Positions 37,631-48,467 of a stretch of 64,000 bases of DNA are shown here, in pieces (within the stretch, counting starts at the first letter, position 1; the number at the start of each line of letters is the position of its first letter). The DNA lies in assembly GCA_016186825.1 (NCBI GenBank), contig JACPKW010000004.1, forward strand, positions 130,237 through 194,236, read 5' to 3'. Below the pieces are notes generated by a model that did no database searches, had not been told where the DNA came from, and saw only the letters and a program-made list of their open reading frames with translations. Origin of the DNA: Candidatus Giovannonibacteria bacterium. Lineage in GTDB: Bacteria > Patescibacteriota > Minisyncoccia > JACPKW01 > UBA11713. The position numbers and the translations under genes were made by a program.

Positions 37631-38902
37631 ATGCCGAACCAAATTAAACCGGATCCAACCAAGCCGGAAATTTTAATTTTGGGCGGTGGATTTGGAGGTG
37701 TGCGCGCCGCATTAAGACTCGCGCGGAAGCTTCCGAGCTCGAAAATCACCGTTGTGGATAAAAGAAAATACCACGGCTATTATCCGGATTTATACGAACT
37801 TGCGGCGGCTGTTTTCCCGAAAAAAAATAATCTCGGCAAAAAAGATTTTCTTAAGCTCAAATCAACTGTTGCGCTTCCATTTAAATATATTTTTTCAGGT
37901 TTTCCGAATATCAAATTTGTCGAAGGCACGGTGCTCGATATCGATTTTGAAGCCGGCAAGGTTTTTCTTGAAAATAATGAAGCGCTTTCATACAACTTTT
38001 TGATTCTTGCATTGGGGTCCGAAACTAATTTCTTTAATATTCCGCATTTGGGCGAGAAAGCGCATGAGCTGAAAAATACTACCGATGCTTTGAATATCAG
38101 GAGCGCTTTTGAAGAAATTTTGGATACTCGCGGAAAAAATACAATTATTTCGGTGATTATTGCGGGCGGGGGATTTACGGGATGCGAACTTGCGGGAGAG
38201 CTTGCGCGGAGCCTTAATGCGTTTGCGAGAATATACAACCATCCTCGAGAAAATTTTTCAATTACGATGATTGAAGGATCAAGCGTTCTGCTCGGGCCTA
38301 CCGATCCATGGATTCAAAAGAAAGCAAAGGAGCGTCTGGAAGATTTGGGGGCAATAATAAAATTGAACAGTTTTATTGTTGACGTGAAAGGCGATAAAAT
38401 TGTTTTGAAAGACGGATCTGAAATCAGATTCGATCTCTTGATTTGGACAGCGGGCGTGCGCCCGAATCAGCTTTTGGAAAACATCAAGGTTAAGCTCGAA
38501 AAAAACGGCTGCGTTGGAACGGATAAAAATCTCCGCGCGCTCCCTTTTAAAAATGTATTCGCTATAGGCGATATGTGTTTTTCAAAAAACCCTGAAACAG
38601 GGAAGCCACTTCCAATGACTGCGCAGGTTGCCATGCTCGAAGCAGACTATATTGGAAAATATATTTCAAAAATGGTCTCTGGAAAAAATTATAAAGACTT
38701 TGAGCCTACGGTAGGGCGTTTTATTATTCCGCTTGGAGGGAAATATGCTCTGGCGGATCTCGGCATTATGAAAATTTCCGGTTTTCTTCCGTGGTTTTTG
38801 AAACGGATCGTTGCTCTTAAATATTTCGCATCAATAATGCCTTTTGGAAGAGCTTTTAAAATCTGGAAACGAGGACTTGGAATTTTTATTGCAAACGATT
38901 GA
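37631..38902 (+). CDS. ndh: Type II NADH dehydrogenase-like FAD oxidoreductase
   Basis: ILGGGFGG, IAGGGFTGCELAGEL, IWTAGV, VFAIGD, PMTAQVA. Start is 37619 or 37631. Confidence 0.88.
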   Translation: MPNQIKPDPTKPEILILGGGFGGVRAALRLARKLPSSKITVVDKRKYHGYYPDLYELAAAVFPKKNNLGKKDFLKLKSTVALPFKYIFSGFPNIKFVEGTVLDIDFEAGKVFLENNEALSYNFLILALGSETNFFNIPHLGEKAHELKNTTDALNIRSAFEEILDTRGKNTIISVIIAGGGFTGCELAGELARSLNAFARIYNHPRENFSITMIEGSSVLLGPTDPWIQKKAKERLEDLGAIIKLNSFIVDVKGDKIVLKDGSEIRFDLLIWTAGVRPNQLLENIKVKLEKNGCVGTDKNLRALPFKNVFAIGDMCFSKNPETGKPLPMTAQVAMLEADYIGKYISKMVSGKNYKDFEPTVGRFIIPLGGKYALADLGIMKISGFLPWFLKRIVALKYFASIMPFGRAFKIWKRGLGIFIAND

Positions 38903-39452
38903 CCGCTTTTTTTGACACGAAATACAAAGTGCCGAACGCCGCGCCTCCGAATAAATCCAACATCAAATCATCCGCGGTATCGGGACCGTCGCCCAGACGA
39001 AGTTGGCGGCCATGCCAAAAGCGGTCCTCAAGGTATTCTTCTATTTCATACAAAGATCCAAAAAGCCCAACGAAAGCAAGCCCTGCAAGGATTACAAATA
39101 AAAGCGGCGTACGCAGATTGTTCAGCGCTATGCCTCTATTTATAAATGTAAGGGCGATTGCCATGATGATCGCACCTCCGAGAAAATGCATAAACTGGTC
39201 GTAGAACCAGTATTGTCCGTAAAGGCCCGCAATATCGCCCAATGCGTCAAGCCAAAGGCCGGCCGCGGATAAAATATAGCCGGCGGGGGACATGAGCGAG
39301 AATATATTCAGAATTTCGAGAACAATAAGACTAAATCCCGAGGTAACTATGAGGCCAAGCCATGAAAATTCTAGGGGAATTGCTAAAATACCGGCGAAAT
39401 TGAGGAGTTCGAATACAATTAAAGCTATTATTATTAGTCGTGCAAACTGCAT
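38886..39452 (-). CDS. Integral membrane protein (DUF2238/VanZ-like)
   Basis: TM helices with YDQFMHFLGG, YEIEEY and DTADDL. Confidence 0.7.
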   Translation of the reverse strand: MQFARLIIIALIVFELLNFAGILAIPLEFSWLGLIVTSGFSLIVLEILNIFSLMSPAGYILSAAGLWLDALGDIAGLYGQYWFYDQFMHFLGGAIIMAIALTFINRGIALNNLRTPLLFVILAGLAFVGLFGSLYEIEEYLEDRFWHGRQLRLGDGPDTADDLMLDLFGGAAFGTLYFVSKKAVNRLQ

Positions 39453-39539
39453 ATCCTTATTTTAGCCTAATTCCACTTGCAGGAATAACCTGTAAAATGC
39501 GCCAGATCATAGTAATTAACAGGTAATCCACAGTCAATA

Positions 39540-39587
39540 TTTACATAAATAGCCGAAAGACTATAATCGGACAGATAATGTCCGATT
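39540..39587 (+). promoter_or_regulatory. Promoter and palindromic operator of the Rrf2-isc operon
   Basis: TTTACA-16-TATAAT, with AATCGGACA-N5-TGTCCGATT (39565-39587) overlapping the -10/+1 region. Confidence 0.7.
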
Positions 39588-39606
39588 TCGAATTTTATGA
39601 AATTTT

Positions 39607-39894
39607 ATGAAAAAAAGAATAGACTACGGAATTTTATTGATTGAGGAGCTGAAAAAATCTCCGACTGAATTTTTCGATGTGCGGAGGATTGCAAAAAAGA
39701 AAGAGATCCCCGCGGCTTATCTCGAAAAAATTGCCCAGGAATTTAAGCGGAGCGGCCTGATCGAATCGCGCCGGGGCGCAGGCGGAGGATACAGATTGGC
39801 TAAAAATGCATCCATGATGGAAATTTTTGGTATTTCGGAAGAGCTTAGAAGTTTTTGTCCGCTAACGCGAAAAGCAACAAAATTACTCCACTAG
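39607..39894 (+). CDS. Rrf2-family transcriptional regulator (short)
   Basis: IPAAYLEKI...GLIESRRGAGGGYRLAK. Confidence 0.88.
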   Translation: MKKRIDYGILLIEELKKSPTEFFDVRRIAKKKEIPAAYLEKIAQEFKRSGLIESRRGAGGGYRLAKNASMMEIFGISEELRSFCPLTRKATKLLH

Positions 39895-39904
39895 AAACTT
39901 TTTT

Positions 39905-41188
39905 ATGAAGAATAAAAATAAAATAAAAGTTGGCAAGAGGGTTTATCTGGATCATGCGGCGGCAACGCCAATGGATCCGCGCGTTTTTGAAGCAATGGAG
40001 CCTTTTTGGGTGAAAAATTTTGGAAATGCCGGCGGACTTTATGAAGAAGGAAGAATCGCGAAAGAAGCAGTGCAAAAATCCCGCGAAGCGATTGCACGCT
40101 TGATCTTTGCAAAGCCCGAGGAAATTATTTTTACTTCCGGAGGAACGGAAGCAGATAACCTTGCTATTTTTGGAACTGCTAATTTTTTTAAAAAAGGGCA
40201 CATAATTACTTCCAAATTTGAGCACCATGCAGTTTTGAATCCCTGCTTGGAGCTCGAAAAGCGCGGATTTGACGTTACTTATCTTGAAGTTGGTTCGGAG
40301 GGAATCGTAAATCCGGAAGACTTTAAAAAAGCATTGCGCGCCGATACAGTCTTGGTTTCCATAATGTATGCGAATAACGAGATAGGAACAATCCAGCCGA
40401 TCGCCGAGATAGGGAAAATAATCCAAAACTACAGACTACAATCTGCAAACTCCAGACTGATTTTCCATACCGATGCCTGCCAGGCGGCTGCGTATTTGGA
40501 TATGAACGTAAATGAACTCGGGGTGGATTTGATGACTGTAAACGGTGGAAAAATTTATGGGCCGAAGGGCGCTGGTTTTCTTTATAAAAAAAGCGGAGTG
40601 AAAATAACTCCGATGATTTTCGGCGGCGGGCAGGAAATGCGAATGCGTTCAGGGACTGAAAGCGCTCCTTTAATTGTCGGAATGGCAAAAGCTTTTGAAA
40701 TAGCCGCGCTCGAGCGCGAAAAAGAATCAGCGCGATTGTGCGAGCTAAGGGATTATTTCATCTCTGAACTTTTCCAAAAGATTACGAAGATTGTTCTAAA
40801 CGGACATGACAAAAAAAGATTGCCTAACAACGTGAATGTCTCGATTCTCGATATAGAAGGGGAAGCTCTGATCCTTTTCATGGACGCGCATGGCGTTTCA
40901 TTTTCTACGGGTTCTGCTTGCACTTCGGAATCGCTTGATCCTTCCCACGTAATTTTGGCGCTCGGAAAACCTTATGAATTTGCGCATTCATCCATGCGTT
41001 TCACTTTGGGGCGAAGCACAAACAAAGAAGATTTGGATTATGTCCTAAGCGAACTTCCCAAAACTGTTGCATGGCTCCGGCGCGTCTCTCCGCTAGAGCT
41101 TGATCCGAACGCAGCTTCCATGTCGCATCCCGAAGCGTTTGCAGGAGAAAATTTAAGAGTTAAGGCGAAATCTAAAAGTTATAAGTAG
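39905..41188 (+). CDS. iscS: Cysteine desulfurase (IscS/NifS)
   Basis: YLDHAAATP, FTSGGTEADN, HTDACQA, KIYGPKG, STGSACTS. Confidence 0.95.
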   Translation: MKNKNKIKVGKRVYLDHAAATPMDPRVFEAMEPFWVKNFGNAGGLYEEGRIAKEAVQKSREAIARLIFAKPEEIIFTSGGTEADNLAIFGTANFFKKGHIITSKFEHHAVLNPCLELEKRGFDVTYLEVGSEGIVNPEDFKKALRADTVLVSIMYANNEIGTIQPIAEIGKIIQNYRLQSANSRLIFHTDACQAAAYLDMNVNELGVDLMTVNGGKIYGPKGAGFLYKKSGVKITPMIFGGGQEMRMRSGTESAPLIVGMAKAFEIAALEREKESARLCELRDYFISELFQKITKIVLNGHDKKRLPNNVNVSILDIEGEALILFMDAHGVSFSTGSACTSESLDPSHVILALGKPYEFAHSSMRFTLGRSTNKEDLDYVLSELPKTVAWLRRVSPLELDPNAASMSHPEAFAGENLRVKAKSKSYK

Positions 41189-41224
41189 TTAATTATTTAA
41201 TAGTGTAAATTAATGGCGTAAATT

Positions 41225-41884
41225 ATGAATGAAAACAAGGCCCCTGAGGTCATCAATCAATTTACAGGTGAAAAATGGTATTATTCCGATACGGTTAAAG
41301 AACATTTTTTTCATCCACGCAATCTTTTATGGGAACGGCCGAAAAATCAAAATGAGTTCGATGCGGAGGGAATGGTGGGAAGCCCTGCCTGCGGAGACAT
41401 GATGCAGATGTGGATGAAAGTTGATCGGAATACTGAACGAGTAATAGATTTGAAATGGAAAACATTCGGGTGTGCTTCGGCGATAGCGGCAACTTCAATT
41501 TATTCTGTGATTCTTACGGAAAATGGGGGAATGACATTGGATGATGCCCTCAAAGTGAAGCCGCAGGATGTAATGAAGCGTTTGGGAGGACTCCCGAATA
41601 GAAAAATTCATTGCTCTGTTTTGGCCGACAAAGCATTTCAAAAAACAGCCAACGACTATTTCCGTAAAACTGGACAAAATCATAGAATAGTAGTTGAAGG
41701 GGCGAGAGTAGTTGATCCCACGCTTAATATTACGGATAAGGATATTGAAGAAGCTGTTTTGGAAGGAGCGCAGACGCTCGACGAAGTTCAGAAGAAATTG
41801 AAAGTTGGAATTGGCGCTTCGGAAGAAGTTAAAACCGATATCGAGTCACTCGTCAGATTCTATTCGGATAAATATTATGGATAA
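41225..41884 (+). CDS. iscU: Fe-S scaffold IscU/NifU-N with C-terminal BFD-like extension
   Basis: GSPACGD, TFGCASAIA, KIHCSVLA; C-terminal ITDKDIEEAV...TLDEVQKKLKVG lacks Cys. Confidence 0.88.
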   Translation: MNENKAPEVINQFTGEKWYYSDTVKEHFFHPRNLLWERPKNQNEFDAEGMVGSPACGDMMQMWMKVDRNTERVIDLKWKTFGCASAIAATSIYSVILTENGGMTLDDALKVKPQDVMKRLGGLPNRKIHCSVLADKAFQKTANDYFRKTGQNHRIVVEGARVVDPTLNITDKDIEEAVLEGAQTLDEVQKKLKVGIGASEEVKTDIESLVRFYSDKYYG

Positions 41885-41918
41885 TGCCCCAATATGCCTC
41901 AAACTAAGTTTGGGGCAT
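41883..41918. repeat. Intergenic palindrome
   Basis: AATGCCCCAA...TTGGGGCATT. Confidence 0.6.
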
Positions 41919-41954
41919 TAGAGCGAAGAAAGTCCTGGACATAGTGGAACAAAC

Positions 41955-42218
41955 ATGTCGGAAGAAAATAACCCAGAACAAATAAATAAAACAGTTGAGC
42001 CCGAGATATCTAAGATTGTCGTGGACCGAGATTTATGCATTGGGGCCGCCTCGTGCGTTGCGATTGCGCCCGGGGTCTTTGCTTTGGATAATGAAAACAA
42101 AGCTTATGTTATTGATGAAAAAGGCGCAGACAACGAAACAATTCTCCTAGCCGCCCAGTCATGTCCCACAAGAGCAATTCTTTTATACGATAAAGATGGC
42201 AAACAAATATACCCGTAA
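41955..42218 (+). CDS. Ferredoxin, probable [3Fe-4S] type
   Basis: CIGAASC...SCPTRAI, i.e. CxxAxxC...CP. Confidence 0.88.
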   Translation: MSEENNPEQINKTVEPEISKIVVDRDLCIGAASCVAIAPGVFALDNENKAYVIDEKGADNETILLAAQSCPTRAILLYDKDGKQIYP

Positions 42219-42253
42219 ACAGTTTTTAGTTAGTAGTTTAATATATAAACAAA

Positions 42254-42844
42254 ATGAGAGAAATAAAACCACTCAAATATAAAGAACTTAAGGGTTTATC
42301 CGAAAAACAGCTGAAGGAACATCATGACGTTCTTTATGCCGGTTATGTCAAGAAAATTGCGGAGATAGAAGAAAAGCTAAAAAACACAGACGCTAATTCC
42401 GCAAATGCCACTTATTCTGATTTGCGCGAACTGAAAATGGAAGAAACATTCGCTTTAAACGGCGTGAAATTGCATGAAGGCTATTTTGACAATATGATAC
42501 CAGATGGGCCAAAACCGTCCGGTAAAATTTTGGGCTTGATCGAGCGGGATTTCGGCTCTTATGAAAAATGGGAAAGCGAATTTAAAGCGCTGGGGCTCGC
42601 GGCGCGGGGTTGGGCGATCCTCGCTTATGATCTCGACGAAAAAAAATTAAAAAATATTCTTTGCGATTCGCATAATCAGGGAGGGGTTTGGAACAGCATC
42701 GCGCTTTTTATAATGGATGTTTACGAGCATGCCTATTTTATTGATTATGCCACAGGCAGAAAGTCATACATTGAGGCCTTTTTTCGAAATCTGAATTGGG
42801 AATTTGTTAACACCCTGATTGAGAAATACGGCATTGAAACCTAA
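42254..42844 (+). CDS. sod: Fe/Mn superoxide dismutase
   Basis: HH..Y.GYV, LHEGYF, DVYEHAYFIDY. Confidence 0.93.
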   Translation: MREIKPLKYKELKGLSEKQLKEHHDVLYAGYVKKIAEIEEKLKNTDANSANATYSDLRELKMEETFALNGVKLHEGYFDNMIPDGPKPSGKILGLIERDFGSYEKWESEFKALGLAARGWAILAYDLDEKKLKNILCDSHNQGGVWNSIALFIMDVYEHAYFIDYATGRKSYIEAFFRNLNWEFVNTLIEKYGIET

Positions 42845-43067
42845 AGAGAAAGAAATAATTTCGGTGCTTGAAAATGAGGTCAAACCATTGCTCCAGCTCC
42901 ATCTCGGCTCGCTCGATTTCGTTTCTTTTAAAGATGGGGTGGTTGCGGTGAGGCTCGAAGGGAATTGCAAAGGATGCCCGCTTTCCGAGCTCACTCTAAA
43001 GGCGGGCATTGAAAGCGTTTTGAAAGAAAAATTCAAGGATGTTACTAGCGTTATCGCTGTTGAATGA
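42819..43067 (+). CDS. NifU C-terminal (Nfu) domain protein
   Basis: VKPLLQLHLGSL...LEGNCKGCPLSELTLKAGIE; start uncertain. Confidence 0.85.
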   Translation: MRNTALKPKEKEIISVLENEVKPLLQLHLGSLDFVSFKDGVVAVRLEGNCKGCPLSELTLKAGIESVLKEKFKDVTSVIAVE

Positions 43068-44134
43068 GAAGTAATTTATCAAAAAACTTCATAAAGCTTC
43101 TTGTTTTAATTTTAATGGCTGGGGCGGCTCTTTTTTTTGTGCGGCCAGAGAAGGAAACAGCAGAGAATTTAAAAGATATTAGCCAAGAAAAAATAATTTC
43201 TGAAAAAAACTCGGGAGTTGCCGAAAATATTTTGGGGGAAGACAAAGAATTAGCGACGACGACTCAAAATAATAAAAAAGATGAACTGGCAAGCGCTAAA
43301 ATATCTGCCGACCGGCTGAAAAAAATTTCGCAAGAATTGGAAGTTCTTCAAAAAACTATTAACTCTTTAACTCCGCCCGCCTCGCTAGAAAAACCAAAAT
43401 TAAAAAGCGACCTCGTTTACGCGTCCGGTTTGGGGGCCTTGGTAAACATATTATGCAATGACACGGAAAACGGTTATTACATTTCTGCTTCGGGCGCCAT
43501 CATTGACCCCAAAGGGTATATTTTAACGAACGCTCATGTTGCGGAAAATTTTTCACATAAGGGAGTAATCTGCGTAATCAGGCGCGGTTCTCCCGCAGTT
43601 TCTTTCGCGCGCGCAAAAGTCGTATTTATGCCGGATGTCAGTGATAAAATTTCTGCGACTGAAGTCCCCCTTAGAGATATTGCGATTTTAAAAATAACAA
43701 GCGATCTTTCAGGGAAACCTTTTTCGGAGGTTTTTTCTTATTTTGAATTTGATCCTGACTATTCAATGAAAGAGGGCGAAGTATTATATTCATTGGGATT
43801 CCCGAATGAATTTTTAGGCTCCGAGGCGATTTTAAAAAATACAACGATTCTTTTAAGTCTCGGCTCGGTTGAGAATCTTTTAAATATCGACCAAAGCGAA
43901 AATATTGCCGAGGCGGCCTACATGAAAGGAGCAATTTCTGCCCAACAAGGCTCTTCCGGAGGAATTTTTGTTGATACTTATAGTGGAAATATTGTCGGAT
44001 TATTTGTTGCCCTTACACAAGGAGAAACAACCTCTGAGCGCAAAGAGTTTATATTTTTGTCGAGTTATGTGGATAGAATAATGAGAGAAAAAACTGGTCT
44101 TTCACTAAAAGAATTTTTGGCACAAAATCCATAA
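43064..44134 (+). CDS. Membrane-anchored trypsin-like serine protease
   Basis: ILTNAHV, DIAIL, QGSSGG triad motifs. Confidence 0.85.
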   Translation: MRSNLSKNFIKLLVLILMAGAALFFVRPEKETAENLKDISQEKIISEKNSGVAENILGEDKELATTTQNNKKDELASAKISADRLKKISQELEVLQKTINSLTPPASLEKPKLKSDLVYASGLGALVNILCNDTENGYYISASGAIIDPKGYILTNAHVAENFSHKGVICVIRRGSPAVSFARAKVVFMPDVSDKISATEVPLRDIAILKITSDLSGKPFSEVFSYFEFDPDYSMKEGEVLYSLGFPNEFLGSEAILKNTTILLSLGSVENLLNIDQSENIAEAAYMKGAISAQQGSSGGIFVDTYSGNIVGLFVALTQGETTSERKEFIFLSSYVDRIMREKTGLSLKEFLAQNP

Positions 44135-44197
44135 TTTTATAACGATTTTTCTTGATTTTTCGTTATTTTTCTGATAATATAAAAATAGCGAAAATTT

Positions 44198-45430
44198 ATG
44201 GAAAATCTTACGAAAACACAGCTTATACTTCTGGTCCTGCTTGTAAGTTTTGTTACTTCAATGGTGACTGGAATTGTTTCAGTTTCTCTTACTTCGCAAA
44301 ATCCGCCCGGATTAACTCAAACCATTCAGCGTGTTATAGGGCAAACGCCTACAATCGAACCGGAAACTTTGGACAAAGTTCTGACGCAGGAGGAAATCAC
44401 GATTCAGCTCGTAAAAAATGTAACCCCCGCTGTTGTAAGCGTTATCGCTACCAAGGATGTTCCTGTTATTGAACAATACTTTGTGAACCCTTTTGAGGGC
44501 GACAATTTCTTCCAGCAGTTTTTAACGCCGGATTTCTTGGTTCCGCAATATCGCCAGCGCGGGACGGAGAAAAGACAGATTTCTGCCGGAACGGGTTTTT
44601 TGATTTCGTCTGACGGCATGATTGTAACAAACCGGCATGTCGTCGAAGACGCGGAAGCCGAATACACAGTTATAATGAATGACGGAAAGAAAATAACCGC
44701 AAAAGTGCTTGCGCGCGATCCGGTTCAGGACATTGCCGTGATAAAAATTGAAGGTGGCGGCTATCTGTATATCCCGCTTGGGAATTCCGATTCTTTGCAA
44801 GTGGGCCAGAGCGTGGTTGCGATTGGAAATGCGCTTGGAGAATTTCAGAACACGGTTTCGACTGGGGTAATTTCTGGGTTGCGCCGGACGGTAGTTGCTG
44901 GCGGAATCTCTTCCGGTGTTGAAAAACTTCAGCAGGTAATTCAGACTGATGCCGCAATCAATCCGGGAAATTCGGGCGGTCCGCTTTTGGATCTGACGGG
45001 CAGGGCAATCGGGATAAATGTCGCGATGGCCTCGGGTGCGGAAAACATTGGTTTTGCCTTGCCGATAAATGCGGTAAAAAAAGCGATCAATGACGTAAAA
45101 TCTTTCGGCAGAATCGTTTATCCGTTTTTGGGCGTTAGGTATGTGACGATAACGCCTGCCATGAAAACCGAGAAAAAGCTTGCGGTTGATTATGGAGCGC
45201 TCTTAATGTCCTCCGGCGCGGAAAATGCGGTAATCGCGAATTCTCCCGCTTCGAAGGCCGGGCTCAAAGAAGGAGATATCGTGCTCGAATTCGAAGGAGT
45301 GAAAATTACACAGGATAATACGCTCGGCGACCTGATTGCGCGAAAAAAAGTGGGCGATAAAGTTAAATTAAAAATCTTGAGAGAAGGCAAGGAATTTACG
45401 GTCGAAGCAACACTTGAAGAAAGGAAATAA
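44198..45430 (+). CDS. htrA: HtrA/DegP-like serine protease with PDZ domain
   Basis: VTNRHVV, DIAVIKI, QTDAAINPGNSGGPL, C-terminal PDZ. Confidence 0.93.
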   Translation: MENLTKTQLILLVLLVSFVTSMVTGIVSVSLTSQNPPGLTQTIQRVIGQTPTIEPETLDKVLTQEEITIQLVKNVTPAVVSVIATKDVPVIEQYFVNPFEGDNFFQQFLTPDFLVPQYRQRGTEKRQISAGTGFLISSDGMIVTNRHVVEDAEAEYTVIMNDGKKITAKVLARDPVQDIAVIKIEGGGYLYIPLGNSDSLQVGQSVVAIGNALGEFQNTVSTGVISGLRRTVVAGGISSGVEKLQQVIQTDAAINPGNSGGPLLDLTGRAIGINVAMASGAENIGFALPINAVKKAINDVKSFGRIVYPFLGVRYVTITPAMKTEKKLAVDYGALLMSSGAENAVIANSPASKAGLKEGDIVLEFEGVKITQDNTLGDLIARKKVGDKVKLKILREGKEFTVEATLEERK

Positions 45431-45477
45431 AGTGATAAACTGGAACGTCATTATTATTACTAAAGCAATCCACCACG

Positions 45478-45525
45478 AACTATAAACTATAAACTATAAA
45501 CTATAAACTATTAACTAGCAAACTA
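45478..45525 (+). repeat. Heptamer tandem repeat (AACTATA)n upstream of clpB
   Basis: Four perfect copies plus degenerate copies. Confidence 0.85.
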
Positions 45526-45527
45526 AC

Positions 45528-48206
45528 ATGCCGCCGTTTAATAATTTTACACAAAGAGCTCAAGAAGCGATCAGGCGCGCACATGAGCTTGCAATAGAAA
45601 GAGGGCAAAACCAGATTGATCCGTTATATCTTCTGGCTGCTTTGATATTGCAAGACGAAGGAGTCGTAATTTCAATACTCGACAAACTCGAAATTGACCT
45701 CTCTCTTTTAACAGATTCTATTTTAGATACGCTTGACGGCGGGATGCGGACGAACGTTGTAATGCCCTCGCCGCAAATTTACTTGACACCCGAACTTGGG
45801 AGAACACTCGAGGAAGCGCACAAAGCCGCGATTCATTTGAAAGACGATTTTATCTCAACTGAACATTTGTTTCTAGGCCTTTTGGAAGTGCCTTCGCGCG
45901 CTAAGGAAATTTTAACGCGCTTCCGGATTGATAAAGAATCTGTAGTACGCGCGCTTGCGGATGTGCGCGGCAAAGATCGCGTGGCGGAAGTCGGGGGCGC
46001 GGAGACTGAAGTAAAGCTTCAAGTTTTGGAGCGCTACGCAAAAAATATGACGCGTCTTGCGCGTCAGGACAAGCTCGATCCAGTTGTTGGGCGGGAGGAT
46101 GAGATACGGCGCGTGATGCAGGTTTTGTCCAGGCGCACAAAAAATAATCCCGTTTTGATCGGAGAAGCAGGGGTTGGAAAAACTGCAATTGTGGAAGGTC
46201 TCGCGCGCAGGATCGCGGCGGGCGATGTTCCCGAAATTTTGAAAGACAAAGAACTGATCGCGCTCGACCTCGGCTCGCTGGTTGCGGGCACAAAATATCG
46301 CGGCGAATTTGAAGAGCGCTTGAAATCCGTAACGCGCGAAATTGAGCGCGCCTCCGGGAAAATAATTCTTTTTATTGATGAGCTTCATACTATTGTCGGC
46401 GCAGGCGCGGCGGAAGGGGCAATCGACGCTTCGAATATGCTCAAACCCGCCTTGGCGAAGGGTGAACTTCATGCGATTGGCGCAACAACTTTGAAAGAGT
46501 ATCAAAAATATATTGAGCGCGATCCGGCCTTGGCGCGCCGTTTCCAGCCGGTTTATGTTGAAGAGCCTTCGCTTGAAGACACGGTGAGCATCCTTCGCGG
46601 AATTAAGGATAAGTACGAACTGCATCATGGAGTCCGCATTTCAGACGAAGCTATTCAAGCGGCGGTGAGCCTTTCATCGCGCTATATTTCGGATAGATTT
46701 TTGCCCGATAAGGCGGTGGATCTATTGGATGAAGCGGCGTCCGCTTTGCGCCTTGAACTTGACAGCATGCCCGAGGAACTTGAAAACACAAACCGCCAGA
46801 TTTTGAAACTGGAAATAGAGAAAGAAGCGCTCAAAAAAGATTCGAGTCCCAAATCGAAACAGAAAACAAAAGAAATTCAAAAAGAAGTCGAAGATTTCAA
46901 AGAAAAAATAAGCGGGCTGGAACTTAAATGGAAAAATGAAAAAGAAACGATTACAAACATTCGCCAGGTTAAGCGCGATCTAGAAACTTTGAGACTGGAG
47001 GCAGAGGGATCAGAACGGAAAAGCGATCTTTCTAAGGTTGCTGAAATTCGCTATGGGCGCATTCCAGAACTCGAACGCCGTCTAAAATCTGAGGAGGGAA
47101 GGCTTCGAAAACTTCAACAGGAACGGATGATTTTGAAAGAGGAAATTACCCAAGAAGATATTGCAGGGGTGGTTTCGCGTTGGACCGGAATTCCTGTTTC
47201 TAAAATGCTCGAGGGCGAGGCAAAAAAACTTACGCGCATGGAAGAGGATCTAAAAAAGCGGGTCGTGGGCCAAGACGAGGCAATTTCAAAAGTTTCGCAT
47301 GCGGTCCGCCGTTCGCGGGCCGGAATCGGGGACGAGGATAAACCGATCGGCTCGTTTATATTTTTGGGCCCGACCGGGGTGGGGAAGACCGAGCTTGCGC
47401 GCGCACTTGCCGAATTTATGTTTAATGACGAAAAATCTTTGATTCGTGTGGACATGTCCGAATATATGGAACGGCATACGGTTTCAAAATTTATCGGTTC
47501 TCCTCCGGGTTATGTTGGCTATGAGGAAGGCGGTCAGCTTACGGAGTTAATCCGGCACCGCCCCTATGCCGTGCTCTTGTTCGACGAAATTGAAAAGGCG
47601 CATCCGGAAGTTTTTAATATCATGCTTCAGATTCTTGATAATGGGCGACTTACGGATGCAAAGGGGCGTCACGTAAATTTCAAAAACTCAATAATTATTA
47701 TGACTTCCAATGTCGGATCGGAATTTGTGCGTGAAATGGAAAAACTCGGCTTTCAGTCTGATGAAGAAACGAAAGAGAAGCAAGAGGAACAGCTTAAAGA
47801 CAAGATCCGGAAGGCGCTTGAATCGCGTTTTCGCCCTGAATTTTTAAATCGTCTCGACGAAGTTATAATTTTCAACTCGCTTTCGAAAGAAAATCTTCGG
47901 CACATTGTTGAAATCCAGCTTCTGAAAATGATGAAACGGCTCAGCGAAAAAGATATCACGATCAAAATTTCTCAAAACTCGAAAGACTTTCTGATTGCGG
48001 AAGGGTATGACACGAATTACGGAGCGCGGCCGCTTAAACGCTTGATTCAAAATAAAATTTTAAATCCGCTTGCGGAAAAGCTTGTTTCAGGCGAGATAAA
48101 ACCCGGAAGCTTAATATCTGTAGACGCGCGGGGTAAGGAAATCGAAATCGAAGTTTTGGCTTCCAAAAAGAAAAAAATTCTAAAAGAAGTTGCTCAGGTT
48201 TCTTAA
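45528..48206 (+). CDS. clpB: Chaperone ClpB
   Basis: Two AAA+ modules ([16 protein letters not shown]) and a long middle coiled coil. Confidence 0.95.
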   Translation: MPPFNNFTQRAQEAIRRAHELAIERGQNQIDPLYLLAALILQDEGVVISILDKLEIDLSLLTDSILDTLDGGMRTNVVMPSPQIYLTPELGRTLEEAHKAAIHLKDDFISTEHLFLGLLEVPSRAKEILTRFRIDKESVVRALADVRGKDRVAEVGGAETEVKLQVLERYAKNMTRLARQDKLDPVVGREDEIRRVMQVLSRRTKNNPVLIGEAGVGKTAIVEGLARRIAAGDVPEILKDKELIALDLGSLVAGTKYRGEFEERLKSVTREIERASGKIILFIDELHTIVGAGAAEGAIDASNMLKPALAKGELHAIGATTLKEYQKYIERDPALARRFQPVYVEEPSLEDTVSILRGIKDKYELHHGVRISDEAIQAAVSLSSRYISDRFLPDKAVDLLDEAASALRLELDSMPEELENTNRQILKLEIEKEALKKDSSPKSKQKTKEIQKEVEDFKEKISGLELKWKNEKETITNIRQVKRDLETLRLEAEGSERKSDLSKVAEIRYGRIPELERRLKSEEGRLRKLQQERMILKEEITQEDIAGVVSRWTGIPVSKMLEGEAKKLTRMEEDLKKRVVGQDEAISKVSHAVRRSRAGIGDEDKPIGSFIFLGPTGVGKTELARALAEFMFNDEKSLIRVDMSEYMERHTVSKFIGSPPGYVGYEEGGQLTELIRHRPYAVLLFDEIEKAHPEVFNIMLQILDNGRLTDAKGRHVNFKNSIIIMTSNVGSEFVREMEKLGFQSDEETKEKQEEQLKDKIRKALESRFRPEFLNRLDEVIIFNSLSKENLRHIVEIQLLKMMKRLSEKDITIKISQNSKDFLIAEGYDTNYGARPLKRLIQNKILNPLAEKLVSGEIKPGSLISVDARGKEIEIEVLASKKKKILKEVAQVS

Positions 48207-48283
48207 ATAATATAATATTCTCTAATAAAAGCTTATTAGGGCTTTTTTGTTTTGTGACGTATTTGCGCTTTAAATTTTAATAT

Positions 48284-48467
48284 GCGTGGGTGGCGGAGTG
48301 GTCAATCGCATCCCGCTGTAGGCGGGACGACCTGCCATTTAGCTTAAAGAGAGTTAAAATTTATTGTTTATATATGCGTGGGTGGCGGAGTGGTCAATCG
48401 CATCCCGCTGTAGGCGGGACGACCTGCCATTTAGCTTAAAGAGAGTTAAAATTTATTGTTTATATAT
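48284..48467 (+). repeat. Two exact 92-bp tandem units, each carrying a 5' fragment of tRNA-Tyr
   Basis: Units start at 48284 and 48376; each matches the first 27 nt of the tRNA at 48468, followed by TCCCG-CTGTAGG-CGGGA. Confidence 0.9.

Noticed and set aside
48284-48467. CRISPR array
   Set aside because: The units are fully identical with no unique spacers, derive from a tRNA, and no cas genes are present.
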